64,000 bases of DNA from Flectonema sp. DT1601 (GCA_964019425.1 OZ025800.1:868001-932000), one strand, 5' to 3'; positions 37,276 through 49,588 are shown, counted from the stretch's first letter. The notes: generated by a model from the letters alone, not told the origin. Program-made: numbers and translations.

Positions 37276-37656
37276 AACTAGTTATCACAAAGACTGTTTT
37301 GAAAGAGAGTTGTTATATTAAAAGTACGTACTATGCGGCAGTACCTAATATAAGATACATAAAAAAGTAATGCAAATAGATTTTTTTTCGAACCTGTCAG
37401 TCTTAATGGCTAACAGCATAAAAAGTTTACAGTCTTTGGGTTCCCTTAAAAGGCTCCACAAAGTCCTGTTTTAACGGAGAGAGGAGACTTTAAACAAAAC
37501 ACCTAACAATACAAGAACCGTACTCCTACATATCCCATGGTAATGTCTTTGTGTGAAGAAACAGTCTGAAAAATGTTCTATACTATTCTCAGGGAGGTAA
37601 GCCTACCTCCGATTTAATATAAATATAAATATGATGCACAATTTAATGGCTGTTCT

Positions 37657-38277
37657 TTAAGAGAGATTGCACATTGACGTACAGGTTGACGAAACCTCAA
37701 ATAATTTTGGATCCTGAGGACCAGTTTTATACTGAGTGGTGCTGTACAACCAAACATTAATACCATCAGCTAGTGTTGGGTATCCCTCGTAGAATTCACA
37801 GGGTTCTTGAAGAGAGTCTGCGGTGGCGTAGTAGTAGTTTTTTTCACCACCCTTTTTCATCCATCCATTGCATAGGCGTCCTTGAATAGTTTTCTGTCCT
37901 TGATATGTAGAATTACGAAGCCAGTCTCTGCTAATAATTCCACAACCAACGGTAGTGTTGCAATATTTACAACACGATGACTCTTCTGGAAATAAAACGT
38001 ACCTCCATCCGTCTTTGCTAACAATCATTGAGCAAGGTTCATCACTATATTTCTTTCCCTTGATACTTCTGCATAGCTCGTCAAACTGTCCCTTTCCATG
38101 ATCAGTTCTGGACACACCATTAATAGCATCATAGTAGTACCAGAATGTATTATTATAGGTGTGAACTCCATTTAATCTGATCGTTTGATTTATCGGAACT
38201 GAAAACTGTTCATCCCACAGAGGTGACGGAGGTACAGCAACTACAGAGAACAACGCCGCAATGAGTACAGCCGTCAT
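37657..38277 (-). CDS. Secreted Cys-rich protein, ependymin-related-like
   Basis: Signal peptide, P..W..QFS, YYD...SR.D, CC..C, terminal DPKLFEV...C. Confidence 0.6.
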   Translation of the reverse strand: MTAVLIAALFSVVAVPPSPLWDEQFSVPINQTIRLNGVHTYNNTFWYYYDAINGVSRTDHGKGQFDELCRSIKGKKYSDEPCSMIVSKDGWRYVLFPEESSCCKYCNTTVGCGIISRDWLRNSTYQGQKTIQGRLCNGWMKKGGEKNYYYATADSLQEPCEFYEGYPTLADGINVWLYSTTQYKTGPQDPKLFEVSSTCTSMCNLS

Positions 38278-38906
38278 ACTGAGATTTTTAGTAAATTATT
38301 TCTGTAGAAGAAGATATAAACACACAATAGGGTAGCCTGTAGCTAAACTCTGGAGAGGATCTCAAGATAAGTACAACAGAACGATTAACTTTCATGTAAT
38401 GTCTTACAAGACAGTTGACTAACGGTATTAAAGTAAACCCACCGTAACGCATTGGATCAGTATAAAGTAATAAACACATTTGTTTCTGTTTATAGAAAAG
38501 GTTAATATAACCACGCGGATATTCTTGCAATACAAAACACGCAGACTGTCTCGAAAACTGGTGGTGGCATTATAACGAATAAACTGTATTGAGACTTCGA
38601 ATGAATGTAATTATATAACAAAGACTTGCGAATATTAAATAAAAAACAAAGTATGACAAATAATGACTAAGAAACACACTGCTTACAAACGCTAGCATTA
38701 CACTGCCCTGACTGAGGTGTTTTTGAGACGCGGGACGATTTCGGTTTATATAATTGACATAAGTGATGCATCTTTTTATTTTTTTATTATTTTTTGGGAA
38801 AACCTACAGATCCACCCCCAGGTTTGGGGAAACGTACACTACGGTCACGGCCTTGTGTAACTTTTTTGACCCCTGCATATGTGTTTAAATCCGCAAAATC
38901 GAAGAC

Positions 38907-38977
38907 GACGCAAATTGTCGAGTGGTATGATTCCAGACTTGCATTCGCTAGGCTGCGGTTCGAACCCCTGTCGGGTC
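38907..38977 (+). tRNA. Degenerate tRNA-like Pol III cassette (TGC at anticodon position)
   Basis: A-box-like TTGTCGAGTGG, B box GGTTCGAACCC, tRNA length, followed by long oligo-T; acceptor and anticodon stems poorly paired. Confidence 0.5.
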
Positions 38978-39104
38978 TTTTTTTTTTTTTTTTTTTTTCC
39001 CCCCCCAGTGACCAACAGGTATACTGACGTCGTGCGTCGTATCCGTACTGCTGATTCGTTCTGTCACGTTCGGACACTCGTCGCTCTGAGACATTGCTTA
39101 GTGC

Positions 39105-39215
39105 AGGTTGCTGACTAACAACATCGTTTGAAAGTCTTACACCAGAACCTCATTGGTACCTTACAAAGACCCTGCATCAAATTCACACGCGGGTCGTTCT
39201 TCAAGGTCAATAGTG
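39105..39215 (-). rRNA. Possible degenerate 3'-terminal LSU rRNA fragment
   Basis: Order TTGAAGAACGAC..GGGTCTTTGTAAG..AACGATG..GTCAGC loosely follows the eukaryotic LSU 3' end and is collinear with the clear fragment at 39480-39784. Confidence 0.3.
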
Positions 39216-39479
39216 TAAACTTCCACTCGACTTAGGACCTCGCTTGGAAGCCTTCTGTCATCGCGCAATTCTTCCTTAAGTTAAGTTAAACTTAACTTTA
39301 ACATAAGAGAGTAATCCATCGTCCTGTTAACCTCTATTCTCTCATCATGGTGTAGAAGTAAGTTAGTCAACTATTGATGTAGTTACTTAATTGTAATGTT
39401 CATAAAAAAACATTCTTATTGTTGTAATCTTTTGGACGCAAGCCCTAACACGATCAAAAAGTAACCACCAGTGGTGACT

Positions 39480-39784
39480 AAGTGATCCAGTCTGGCTTAC
39501 TTCAAAGGCTAACATAGTCAAGCACAGTCACTGCGGATGTGTTGTGTAGCATCACGGCTCCGATCGGAGAACCGTAGATACCAGGGACTAGAAACGGGAG
39601 TTCCTCTCGTACTCCCGTATTGCGGTCGACTTACACTGCCCCAAGGGGGTCTCTCCCCATCAGTAGGTAAACTTGTCTCACGACGGTCCTGTTAGTGGGT
39701 GAACTATCCAACCCTTGGACAATTCTGCTTGTCTAGGTTAGGAAGAGCCGACATTGAAGGATCAAAAGCAATGAACGCTTGGCT
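39480..39784 (-). rRNA. Degenerate LSU (28S) rRNA fragment, domains V-VI; non-functional
   Basis: AGCCAAGCGTTCA, TTTTGATCCTTCAATGTCGGCTCTTCCT, GTTCACCCACTAA, GACCGTCGTGAGACA, CCTACTGATG and sarcin-ricin loop AGTACGAGAGGAAC (39600-39613), with internal deletions. Confidence 0.9.
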
Positions 39785-40064
39785 GGGTTTGCAGGCCCCA
39801 AAAGCTGAACGAAAAAATTGGGCCGTTCGAATCACTAACTTGCATGTTGTCGGTTGCAGTCATCACTCACCTGTCAGCATACTCTTTACCTTAATTACGC
39901 TTAACCCTAACGATGATTTGGCAAATAACAAACCTTGAGGGCATCATTGCGTTGCTACGCTGCACCACGTTGGTAGTATTTAAAAGTTAACAAAGCCTTA
40001 AAAAAAATTGAGTAACAGCGAGATGAACAGATGCCCAGAAAAAAAATTCCGGAAAAAAAAAAAA

Positions 40065-40136
40065 TCCCCCCGAGGGACTCGAACCCCCTACCTCCAGGGC
40101 TTCAGTCCGGCACCAACACCACTGCGCTATCACGGA
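40065..40136 (-). tRNA. Degenerate tRNA-like Pol III cassette (GAA at anticodon position)
   Basis: A box TAGCGCAGTGG, arm CCGGA-CTGAAGC-CCTGG, T arm GGGGG-TTCGAGT-CCCTC, oligo-T downstream; acceptor stem has 3 mismatches. Confidence 0.55.
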
Positions 40137-40264
40137 TTTGAAAAAAATCTCGCCCAGAATAGAGGGCTGTCGATTTGGAAAAAAGGTCAAAAAAGCTACA
40201 CAAGGCCGTGACCGTAGTATACGTTTCTCCAAACCTGGGGGTGGATCTGTAGGTTTTCCCTTAT

Positions 40265-40295
<31 letters not shown>

Positions 40296-41571
40296 TTGTT
40301 CTCTTAATTGAGTGACTGGGGGAATGGGGTTGCACACTATGCGAATTTTCTTTTCTTTCCATTTTTTTTTTTTTTTTTTTTTTTTGAATTTTCGTTCTTT
40401 GAAATGAGGACATAGCAGCATGAGAAAAATTGTTTTTTTTTTTTTTTTTTTTTTCCCATCGTTCAAAAAACTCCCAAAGAAAACGTACACAGTACTTAAG
40501 AGAAAATATCACAACTTACTACGCCGCCCTCACTTGTTTCATTCGTTTATTGCTTTCTTTCTTTTTTTTTTTTTTTTTTCTTCTTTTCTCTGTTCTATTT
40601 CGTTCTGTACACAGTATTGTGGCAAAAAAAAATGAAACCTGAGTTCCAACTTGATTTACAGTAAAAAAAGAAAAAAAAAGGGAAAAAAAAATATAGATAG
40701 CGGAAAGTACCCCCAAAGTCCTAAACAGCTTTTTAGAACTACGCGAGGTATCTCTGCCCGTGGTAGGCGTGCCTTGATGCTGGCAGACAAAGCAACTTCT
40801 CAATTCATGTAAATTTTTAGTTTGCTCTTCCTTGATGATTGTCCTTATAAGGTAGGTTTTTATTTTTTTTTTTCTCGAAAAGCGACTATTTTGAGATTTT
40901 TAAAAAAAAAAAAAGGAACAAAAAAAATAAAAAAGAGAGAAAAAACTTGGCAAACAGCGTTTTTCCACAGGTACAAAAAAAATTCTTAGCCTAACTGCAC
41001 AGAGGGTCGGACAAACAATTCGTTTCAGGTAGTAGTTATCAGACTGACACGATGGTGAAAACCATCACACGTTCTTTTGAGAAACTAAAGCTACCCAAGT
41101 AATTATTTTTATTATTATCTGTTAACAATTACACCACAATAGGATTTTTAGAAATGTTGTCAACGGTACCCCAGCTATTAATATTTATAATAAAGACTTA
41201 GAGAATATCATTTCAATTTTTTTTTTTATTTTTTTTTTTTTTTTGTATATTTTTTTACTAATTTCTAAATCCTAATTTTGACCATTTGCCAGTCTACAAA
41301 CATAACGATAATGATTAATTAAAAGAGTGAAAAGGAGGGAGAATAAGTTCAACATGATTCCGTCGTACCTTTGAAACCCTCAGTAGGACACATGCAGAAG
41401 CAGCGTTGCTTTGAATAGCCATCAGTGGGCTGGTCCGCTAACCTACCAGATCTCACAACAGGAAATGATGTACTGCTGTGATAAAAATCTCGAGAGAGAT
41501 TCTTAGGTAGGCCTTGTTAAGTTACTCACAACAAGTGATTGCTTTCCGGACTGCAATCTATGTAGAAAATC

Positions 41572-41922
41572 TTATTGGTCGTCAGGCCCCGGTAGTTTTT
41601 CTCTCTTCAATCCGTTGTTAGGAGGACTCTCTTCACCATCAGATAAAGCATCAACCTGTTTGGTTTGCTCAAGAATTGAGGCTTGAGACTGGACCAAGTA
41701 ACAGTCTGCAGGACTCTCTTTCATCATCGAAGGATGAAACGTCTCTTCATCCTGTTCTTCTGAAAATCCATAATCAACTTTAACCGGATCTCTCATGGGG
41801 GAGGGAGTTAAGGGATCCGGTTGAGAGATGACATTTGGTATTGTAAGTGGCTTTTCAATACTAGACTCGTCACTACCTTCGTCTTCTGTGGCGCTGTCCA
41901 TAATGAAAGGAGACTCGAACAA
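41572..41922 (-). CDS. Acidic low-complexity ORF, terminal exon of the upstream gene or a small separate gene
   Basis: 116-aa ORF directly after a CTAACAG acceptor; junction phase unresolved. Confidence 0.4.
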   Translation of the reverse strand: MFESPFIMDSATEDEGSDESSIEKPLTIPNVISQPDPLTPSPMRDPVKVDYGFSEEQDEETFHPSMMKESPADCYLVQSQASILEQTKQVDALSDGEESPPNNGLKREKLPGPDDQ

Positions 41923-42113
41923 CTGTTAGTGTGAGTTGAGGGCTTTTTGGTTTCCAGGGCACACGCAACCAAGGAAACCGCCCAGTAACAGAACTAGTCA
42001 CAGTTACGAAATTGGTTGCGTGTGCCTCATACAAATATCAATTTCAAAAAAAAAAAAAAAAAAAAAAAAAAAACGGGGGGTAAAATATCATAACATACCG
42101 ATACAGCTCCGTA

Positions 42114-42975
42114 CCTTCCTGCCTTGCGGCGCTTCTTTTTATGGTCTCCCTCACCACGTTCATCTCTTCTTGTTTTTATTTTTTTTGCCTTTCTGACGGC
42201 ATATTTTTCCATGTATGCGTTCACATAAGATACAACACCCTCATGCATCTTTCGTCTGTGGTGTGCCTCAGGGCCTTTAGTCTTTTCCTGTTTGCGGTTG
42301 GTATAAGATGAGGTTGCTAATATTTAGAACCCATCTTCTTACGACAGTACAATATCATACCACATTATAAACCTTATCAATAAGGTGATTACAGGCTTTA
42401 ACAAGCTCTGGTTCACTACCAGCGAAGTATTCTGTTTTGTGTTTTTTTTATTTTATTTCAAAGAGCTCTTTGATATTCGAAGATGACAATCCCTCCCGAC
42501 ACCTTTCGTAGAATATGATGAGAGGCATACTTTTAGGTCCGAGGAACTTGGAGAGTTGAGATGATACGAGAAATTTCACAGCCCTCGAGAGTGCTGTGAA
42601 ATTTGCTCCGTTTGTCCGAGGCTTTGGTTGCTGTTGTTGCGATTGAGGAACTGGAATAGGACGCTCAGTTAGACCATTTCTGTCTAACTGGTTACCTGTA
42701 GAAGGAGGTTCATCTCTAGTGTCCCACTGGTCCCAATTACTTCGACCCCATCCATCTCTTTCTCTATCTCTCTGTTCCCATTGACGGTCTCTATTCCAAT
42801 CTCTATCACGAGATGAGTCCCATCCTTTATCTTTATTTGTGTCATATTGTCGATCCCAATCTCTGTCTCTGTCTCTATCTCTGTCACGTCTATCCCAGTC
42901 TCGTTCTCTGTCCCACCCACTATCTCTATCTCTTCCATAATCTTGACGGTGATAGTCGCTGGCCCATTTTGACAT
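42114..42975 (-). CDS. RD/W-repeat protein with possible SRI-like helical domain; exons 42975-42531, 42431-42361, 42287-~42114; 3' end unresolved
   Basis: GT-AG introns 42432-42530 and 42288-42360 keep frame; DRDRDW repeats; helices ending VVSYVNAYMEKY. Confidence 0.55.
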
Positions 42976-43228
42976 CTCCTGCAAAAGTGAGTTGAAGTGA
43001 GAGAGGGAAACGCTAAGCTCATGACCACCAACAACACGTCGTCGTCCTGCTGATTATTTGTAGTCCTGGAGATTGGAGTATTCTTAAAAAACGTAAAAGT
43101 TATTCAGACATAAAAACTAAAATATAAAAAAACCGAAACAAAAATAAATACAATTTAAGATACAAGTGATGTGCGGGCCAGTGATTGCTAACTTAGTTCT
43201 CAAACTTTAAATAAGGACTCAACTGAAA

Positions 43229-44137
43229 CTACTTCCATTTTGTTTTAAGAAAGGGTTTGATTGGTTGAGTGTCCATCATTCCTGTGAGCATAATCATTTC
43301 AGCTGTTTCAGCATACCTATCCGTGGAGAGAGACTTATATCGGTCTTTAGATATAGGAGAATGAACTAGTCGTCTTGAATCAGCCGTAGCATGTGTGAGT
43401 TGTGGTCGTGGGCCGAGAGCTGATTTAGCCCATGAAGCTGCTTCTTTTTCGGTTGCTTCTCGTTCAGACTTTTCTTTTAGGAGTTGTTTTTGGTATAATT
43501 GTTTGCTGAGCTTGTGTGAGCTGGTTTCAATATCTTCTTTGAGTCGATCTTCAGCAATCTTTTGAACTCTCGTTGCTTCTTGTTGAGCACCTCTCTTTTT
43601 AGCGACAAGTTCTTTCATTTCTTTTATACGATGTTGCTGATCGATGTAGTTCTGATGGAGCATTCTCTTTGTCATCATGTTGTCGATTTTTGTCTTGTCC
43701 TTGTTGGTGCTGATGTTCTTATGCATGACTTGGTTGTGGTAGGATTTGTTCTCATTTTTCTTTCCCAGTATTGTTTTCACGCAGGCTATCTTTTTCTCAG
43801 ATTCTTTTAACTCCTCTTGTGCCCAAGTGTCGATGGAGTTTTTGAGTTTTGTTGTTCGAATCTTTGCTTCGTGTTGTCGAAGTGAATCCGACAGAACCTT
43901 CGTCGCCTTCTTCTCTCTTCCCAACTCAGCTACCAGACGCGCTCTTTCGATTGCTTCTGTTTTCTTGTGAAGTTCTGATTCTCGTTTGAGTTCTTTTTTT
44001 ATTTTCGTTGCTTCCTGTCTCTCTCTTGCACTGAACCCCATGTTCTGTTGAATAACAGCTCTCTTTTGTAATTCCAATTCTCGGAGTATTGCTTCTCCAC
44101 ATCGTGGTGGAGAAGCTCTTTCCATAGAGACCACCAT
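43229..44137 (-). CDS. Basic coiled-coil protein
   Basis: 302-aa K/E/Q-rich ORF. Confidence 0.7.
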   Translation of the reverse strand: MVVSMERASPPRCGEAILRELELQKRAVIQQNMGFSARERQEATKIKKELKRESELHKKTEAIERARLVAELGREKKATKVLSDSLRQHEAKIRTTKLKNSIDTWAQEELKESEKKIACVKTILGKKNENKSYHNQVMHKNISTNKDKTKIDNMMTKRMLHQNYIDQQHRIKEMKELVAKKRGAQQEATRVQKIAEDRLKEDIETSSHKLSKQLYQKQLLKEKSEREATEKEAASWAKSALGPRPQLTHATADSRRLVHSPISKDRYKSLSTDRYAETAEMIMLTGMMDTQPIKPFLKTKWK

Positions 44138-44761
44138 CTGAATGAATGAACGAAAATAATTTAAAACGATACCAACTAAATAACAGTTTCGGGAGAAAAT
44201 TTAGTATTTCAGTATTTTTTTTTCTTTTTTTTTTTTTTGATGTGGATTGCTGTTATAGAGAAGTATGTGAGATAAAAAAAAAATTTTAAGAAAATGTGAA
44301 AACTTTAAGAAAAAAGAACTAATTAATTTTTTAAGAATGTGGAAACAGAACATAAGTACCACAAGGTAAAAGATGTCAGGGAGAAGCTTTTTTTTTTTTT
44401 TTTTGATGACACGATTCACCGTTTTCGTCACCATGTTTTTTTTTGTACTTACAACCCCTAATATTCCAGGATATTTTTGTAACGCTTGCGCACAAACAAG
44501 GAATAGATTGCTGCGAGACACACTCTTCAGATCGAGAGCCTTAATTTTTTTTTTTTCTTTTTTTCCCCTCCTTCGGCTACGATTAATAAAAATATAAAGT
44601 CTCGTTAAAATAACTTTTGTCAATAACATATTTCCATCACCAAAAATATTTAAAAAGAAAAACTATTTGGAAAGATCGGCAGGAATGAGGTAATTTAAAA
44701 AAGAAAAAAATAATAATAATAAATTAACAAAAATGTGTAACTGCAATTTCTGAGGAGCGGG

Positions 44762-44797
<36 letters not shown>

Positions 44798-44806
44798 GGG
44801 AAGTTA

Positions 44807-46678
44807 TTAAAGACCAACCAATTTAGCTCTCAACTTTCTATCTAAGGCTTTATCAATCCAACAGTCAACATGTTTTCTTAGTTGAAGAAAATTCTTCGGA
44901 GGAGTAATTTCAAATTTTCCGTCTTTTACATTATTTGATATGAATTCTGTCCACGCATACGATACTTTATGACAAGCCAAGGACTCAGGTGTGATAAAAC
45001 AAGACTGCAATAACATTAAAGCCGAATACATGATACAGTCTGGAAGAGTCGGACTATTCGTACAAAGCGTTTGACCCATCGAAGTACTGTAGTAACAGTG
45101 ATTTATGGAGATAAGTACTCGTCGTATCTCACACAATAAATCTATGAATTCTTCAACATCTGGACTTTGTTTATTTAGAGAAGCAAATCGAAATGCTTTT
45201 GTAGCCCAAGTTTTCTCATCGTTTCGAAATTCAAAATTATAAAGACATTTACTCAATTTAAATAACACTGACGATGCTTCGACTCCCTCATCTACGATTG
45301 GAAATAGATCTGGTGTCGCATACGGATAAAGCTTTTGAGATTCACAAGACAACAATAAACTTTTACACAATGAGAATATGTTGGTATTTTTTAATTCAGT
45401 AGATCTATATGTCAACACTGGATTAATACCAGAGTTGGGACTCTTAATCATATTTACATCATCAATGAGACTACCAAAGTGAACAACTATCGATAAAAGA
45501 AGCCCATCAGGTGTTTGCGGATCAAATTTAAGAGTCGCTGCATATGTTCGAGTTGTATCACTTAGAGCATCAGGAAGAGTGTTTTCTAATTGTTCTACAG
45601 AAGAAGATTTCAATTGCATTGCAGTATATGGAAATTCTAAGGTACAGGCGATAAACTCAGATATTAAAACAGAAACCTCATCCTGATCTGATACTCCACA
45701 CTTATCTGCTCGAAGACAAAGATTTGTTAAATGAACTCGTTCATCCATATCTCTGGAGGTTTGAGCAAGCCTTCGAAACTTGGTTGCTAATACTCGCATT
45801 TCTTTCCATGCTGCGACTTGTTCTCTGAAAGCAGCCTCAAGAGTTTCAGGTGGTGGAACACCTTGTTCTAAAACTTTTACAATTTCATCAAAACGTTCTA
45901 CTTCAGAATCATCAGTCGGTTCACCATCTACGAGCTTACCGACATGTAGAAGACGATCTGCTGCTGTTTCAGCTGGTCCGCTGGTAACATATTCCGATAT
46001 AGCGTCTAAGGTTGCAGCAACTTGTTTTTGTTCTTGTTGTTTGTTGACGTTGTGAGTTGCTATGATGTCAGCTGCTTCTATTTGACTCATTATTTCATCA
46101 TTTGTTTTACCGTCTAGGGAATTACAAAACTTATTAAAGTCTTCCATACTCTTCTTCTCACTCTTACGTGCTTCTTCAACTGCCTTCTTTGCTGAATATA
46201 CCTCGTAGCATGCGGCTTCCCATTCAACATCTGGTTTGTTTGTTAATTCTTCTCGTACCCGCTGGTCTTCAACTTTTAGCTGCTCCTCGAGTACCGAAAG
46301 ATAATTTTTCTCCGCTTGATTTTCATCGGATTTGCGCTTTGCTTCCGCCGCAAGTGATTTTTTTAATTTTTCTGCCACTTCCTCAATGCTGGGTGAATGT
46401 TTTTGGATCATTTCTTGCCTTAATGCGTCAGTAATTGTATCGAATTCCGCATCTCTTTTCTTTCTTTTTTCATCAATTTCCTCTTCGAGGTGGATGCTTT
46501 CTTCTAAAGCTTTCATCGTCACGTCAATCTCATTTGTGTGATCAATGTTTGCTGATTTAATCTCGTTCTGAACGACTTCCGTCGTTTCTTTTGTTTTTTT
46601 TAATTTTTTCGCATTTTCATCTGCTTCAGATCCGATGACGTTAACCCAAGCATTCAATTCATCAGTAGGAAAAGACAT
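44807..46678 (-). CDS. Hypothetical protein with N-terminal coiled coil
   Basis: ~623-aa ORF, acidic coiled coil then helical globular region. Confidence 0.75.
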   Translation of the reverse strand: MSFPTDELNAWVNVIGSEADENAKKLKKTKETTEVVQNEIKSANIDHTNEIDVTMKALEESIHLEEEIDEKRKKRDAEFDTITDALRQEMIQKHSPSIEEVAEKLKKSLAAEAKRKSDENQAEKNYLSVLEEQLKVEDQRVREELTNKPDVEWEAACYEVYSAKKAVEEARKSEKKSMEDFNKFCNSLDGKTNDEIMSQIEAADIIATHNVNKQQEQKQVAATLDAISEYVTSGPAETAADRLLHVGKLVDGEPTDDSEVERFDEIVKVLEQGVPPPETLEAAFREQVAAWKEMRVLATKFRRLAQTSRDMDERVHLTNLCLRADKCGVSDQDEVSVLISEFIACTLEFPYTAMQLKSSSVEQLENTLPDALSDTTRTYAATLKFDPQTPDGLLLSIVVHFGSLIDDVNMIKSPNSGINPVLTYRSTELKNTNIFSLCKSLLLSCESQKLYPYATPDLFPIVDEGVEASSVLFKLSKCLYNFEFRNDEKTWATKAFRFASLNKQSPDVEEFIDLLCEIRRVLISINHCYYSTSMGQTLCTNSPTLPDCIMYSALMLLQSCFITPESLACHKVSYAWTEFISNNVKDGKFEITPPKNFLQLRKHVDCWIDKALDRKLRAKLVGL

Positions 46679-47517
46679 CAATTTTTAGAGTGTTAAAAAA
46701 AAACTTTTAAAGAAAAGGATAATAAGTACAATTTTCTATTTGAAAAATAGAAAGAAAAAGACATCCAAAAGCATCTCATTTCGTTCGCTTCACCTGATTT
46801 ATAATATGAAAGTAGGAATGAACTAATCAGTTGGAAAAAAAAAACATGCTTAGCCCTTGGGTCGATCAATTTACTTTTAACCAACTCAGTGCTGCAACAC
46901 TCGTTCAGATATAGACAAGTAATTTGTCAACGAACCGAATAACAGTTGCACACAGATAATAAATTGAAAAAAAAGCATAAAAAAAAGAGGTAAATAAATA
47001 TTTCCGCAAGGGTGTTGCAAAGAAATACTATCTCTCTCTCCCCCCCCCCATGCTTACGTCAAACATGTAGGTAGTACTGAGAACTGAGTCCAAAAGCACG
47101 TTAAAGTGCATAGACGGAGAACTGCCTCAGGTTTATAACAGACTCACGCTGTGAAAGTAGCACTGCTGGTCAATAAAGATGTTCTTTTGACTACAACACG
47201 GTCACTTTAAAAAAAAAACAGAAAAACATCAACAGCATCAAAGAAAACTCTTTTTAAAAAGATAAAATGATAGTGAAAACGTGTTTACTGAGGTGAGGGG
47301 AATGGGGGTAAAAGGTGAAAGAAAAGTGACCGTCTGAAGTGTTCACAAAAACATATCTTCACTAAAGTCGAGCCAATGCCCTACACAAACAATAACATAC
47401 GTACCAACCGAGAGGATGGCACACAAAGAAACACGAATCTAACAAACATCATTTTATCTTTCCGGTTTAACAAAAAGAGAACTCCGTAAGTGATAATAAC
47501 ACACAGATAAGAAAAGG

Positions 47518-47553
<36 letters not shown>

Positions 47554-48309
47554 AACAAATTCCCTTTTGTATTATTATTATTATTTTTTCGTTATATTTT
47601 TTTTTATTTTTTTTTTCTTTTTCTTGAAAGAAAACTTGTTTTCTTAACAAACCAAAGAATGATGAACGGAAGAGCATTCAAATCTGAGCATCATACTCCG
47701 AGTTGAAGTTCTCATCCGATGATGTAGAAGTACAGGTATTTAAGGTTCTGGGGAAACTTGGGAAATGCCCATCACGTTTTTTTTTTTGTTTTTTTTTTTC
47801 CAAGAGCGATTCGCAATCAGTCCTTGCAATTACGCTAAGCGAACTGTTACTGCAAATGAAAAGCAGTTCTTGGAGACAACAGGTGTTGTTTTTTTTTTGT
47901 TTTCTTTTTTTTTCTTTTGAAATCACACCACTGGTGGAGCGGTGTGGTGTTTCCTTCTTTTGTTTCTTTTTTTTTTTTTTGCAATGTAAGTGACATAGCG
48001 TCATCACGCAGACTACAGATGACACCTATTAGCCACGATCACAGCATTCATTATTCCAGACACGCGCGTTGTTCTCTTTTGCTGTGTGAGGATGGGGATG
48101 GGGAAACAGGACACGTTTTTTTTTTTTTTTCTTTTTGTTACAAAAATTTAACAGTAGCCAATCAATATTTATCCACATATAAAAGAAGTCGAAGTATATT
48201 CTCGACCGTTCTGACGACTATCAGAGGTGTGAAGCCAATACAATACGCTTCTTACCTTAATCAAATGTGCGAACTGCTGAAGTTTTCCTCCAATCAGTCA
48301 CGACACTAT

Positions 48310-49588
48310 TCAGGCGCTTGCGGTTCCAGAAATGGTTTTTTTAGCAACCGCCATCACCGGCTCGTCACCAACATCATCCCATGATCCTTGAGGGTTGAAT
48401 TTAGCAGTAGCACCAGTGAATGGTACTTTACCCTGTGTTGATGATGTGGTGTGTTTGTTTGTTTTTTTGAAGGTTTCGATGTTTTCAACAATAAAATGGT
48501 GTGTCCACATACCTTCAATCCCAACATTTTGAACATTTCTGCATCCTGACTAAACTCTGGGTTCTTAGTAGTGAGTAGCTTGTCACCAGTGAATATACTG
48601 TTAGCACCACAGTAGAACTGTTTTATTGTTTTGTTTTTTTTTTGTTTTTTCTCTAATCTGTCGAGTTTTCACTCTAAAGACAACATACCATCATAGCTTG
48701 AACAGATGTATCGAACTCAGAGCGACCAGCTGATAGCCTGACCATTGTTTTTGGCATAACAATACGAGCTGTGGCAATAGCACGAATCATCTCATCCCAT
48801 GTGATGTGACCTCCCTTTGCGATTTGACGATCACCGAGAGGGGTTCCAGCAACAGGTACTAAGGCGTTAATTGGAACAGACTCAGGGTGTTCAGGCATAC
48901 TTGCAAGTTCGAGTAGTAGAGAGACTCTGTCGTCTTGTTGTTCAGCAATTCCTAAAATACCTCCACAACAGACAGAGATACCTGCCTCACGAACAACAGC
49001 TACAGTCTTTAATCTATCATCATAAGTACGAGTAGTTACAACTTGTTTGTAATGTTTACGAGATGTGTCAAGGTTGTGATTGTAAGCAGTAAGACCAGCA
49101 TCTTTTAATTGCTTTGCTTGTTCAGCTGTCAGCATTCCGAGTGTGCAGCAGGTCTCAAGTCCCATGTTTGAAATCTCACTGACTGTGTTTACGATCTTTT
49201 GGAAACTGTTCTTCTTACCGACCTCTCTCCAGGCAGTTCCCATACAGAATCTTGTTGAACCAGCATCCTTTGCTCTTTTTGCTGCTTCAATAATCTCATC
49301 GTGTTTCAACATTGGACTTGGTTTAACGAAAGTCTTGTGATTAACTGATTGAGAACAATAACCACAATCTTCATTACATCCTCCAGTCTTTATCGATAAT
49401 AATGTCGCTTGTTGAACCTCACAAGGGTCATGATGCTCTCTGTGTACAGTTGCTGCTCTGTGCATTAAATTCATGAGAGGTGTGTTGTATATTTCATTCA
49501 CCTCATCCCAAGACCAGTCATGACGAAGAGCTGATGTAGAAGCGAATCTTCTTCCGGCAGTGTGGGTGAAGAGACGGATGGTTTGCAT
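48310..49588 (-). CDS. BIO2: Biotin synthase (radical SAM), probably mitochondrial; exons 49588-48689, 48617-48513, 48432-48310
   Basis: [37 protein letters not shown]; introns 48618-48688 and 48433-48512 restore [14 protein letters not shown]; 376 codons in frame. Confidence 0.95.

Larger units (their letters stand above)
38796..40260. mobile_element. Non-autonomous TIR DNA transposon, Mutator/Pack-MULE-like
   Basis: 76-bp TIRs 38796-38871 and 40185-40260 (3 mismatches, GGG...CCC ends); flanking 9-mer TTATTTTTT at 38787-38795 and 40261-40269; no transposase ORF. Confidence 0.8.

Noticed and set aside
39480..39784. Functional rRNA gene or a natural LSU fragment
   Set aside because: Deletions remove universally conserved nucleotides and there is no surrounding rDNA unit
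38907..40136. Functional tRNA-Ala and tRNA-Phe genes
   Set aside because: Acceptor stems have several mismatches; kept only as tRNA-like cassettes
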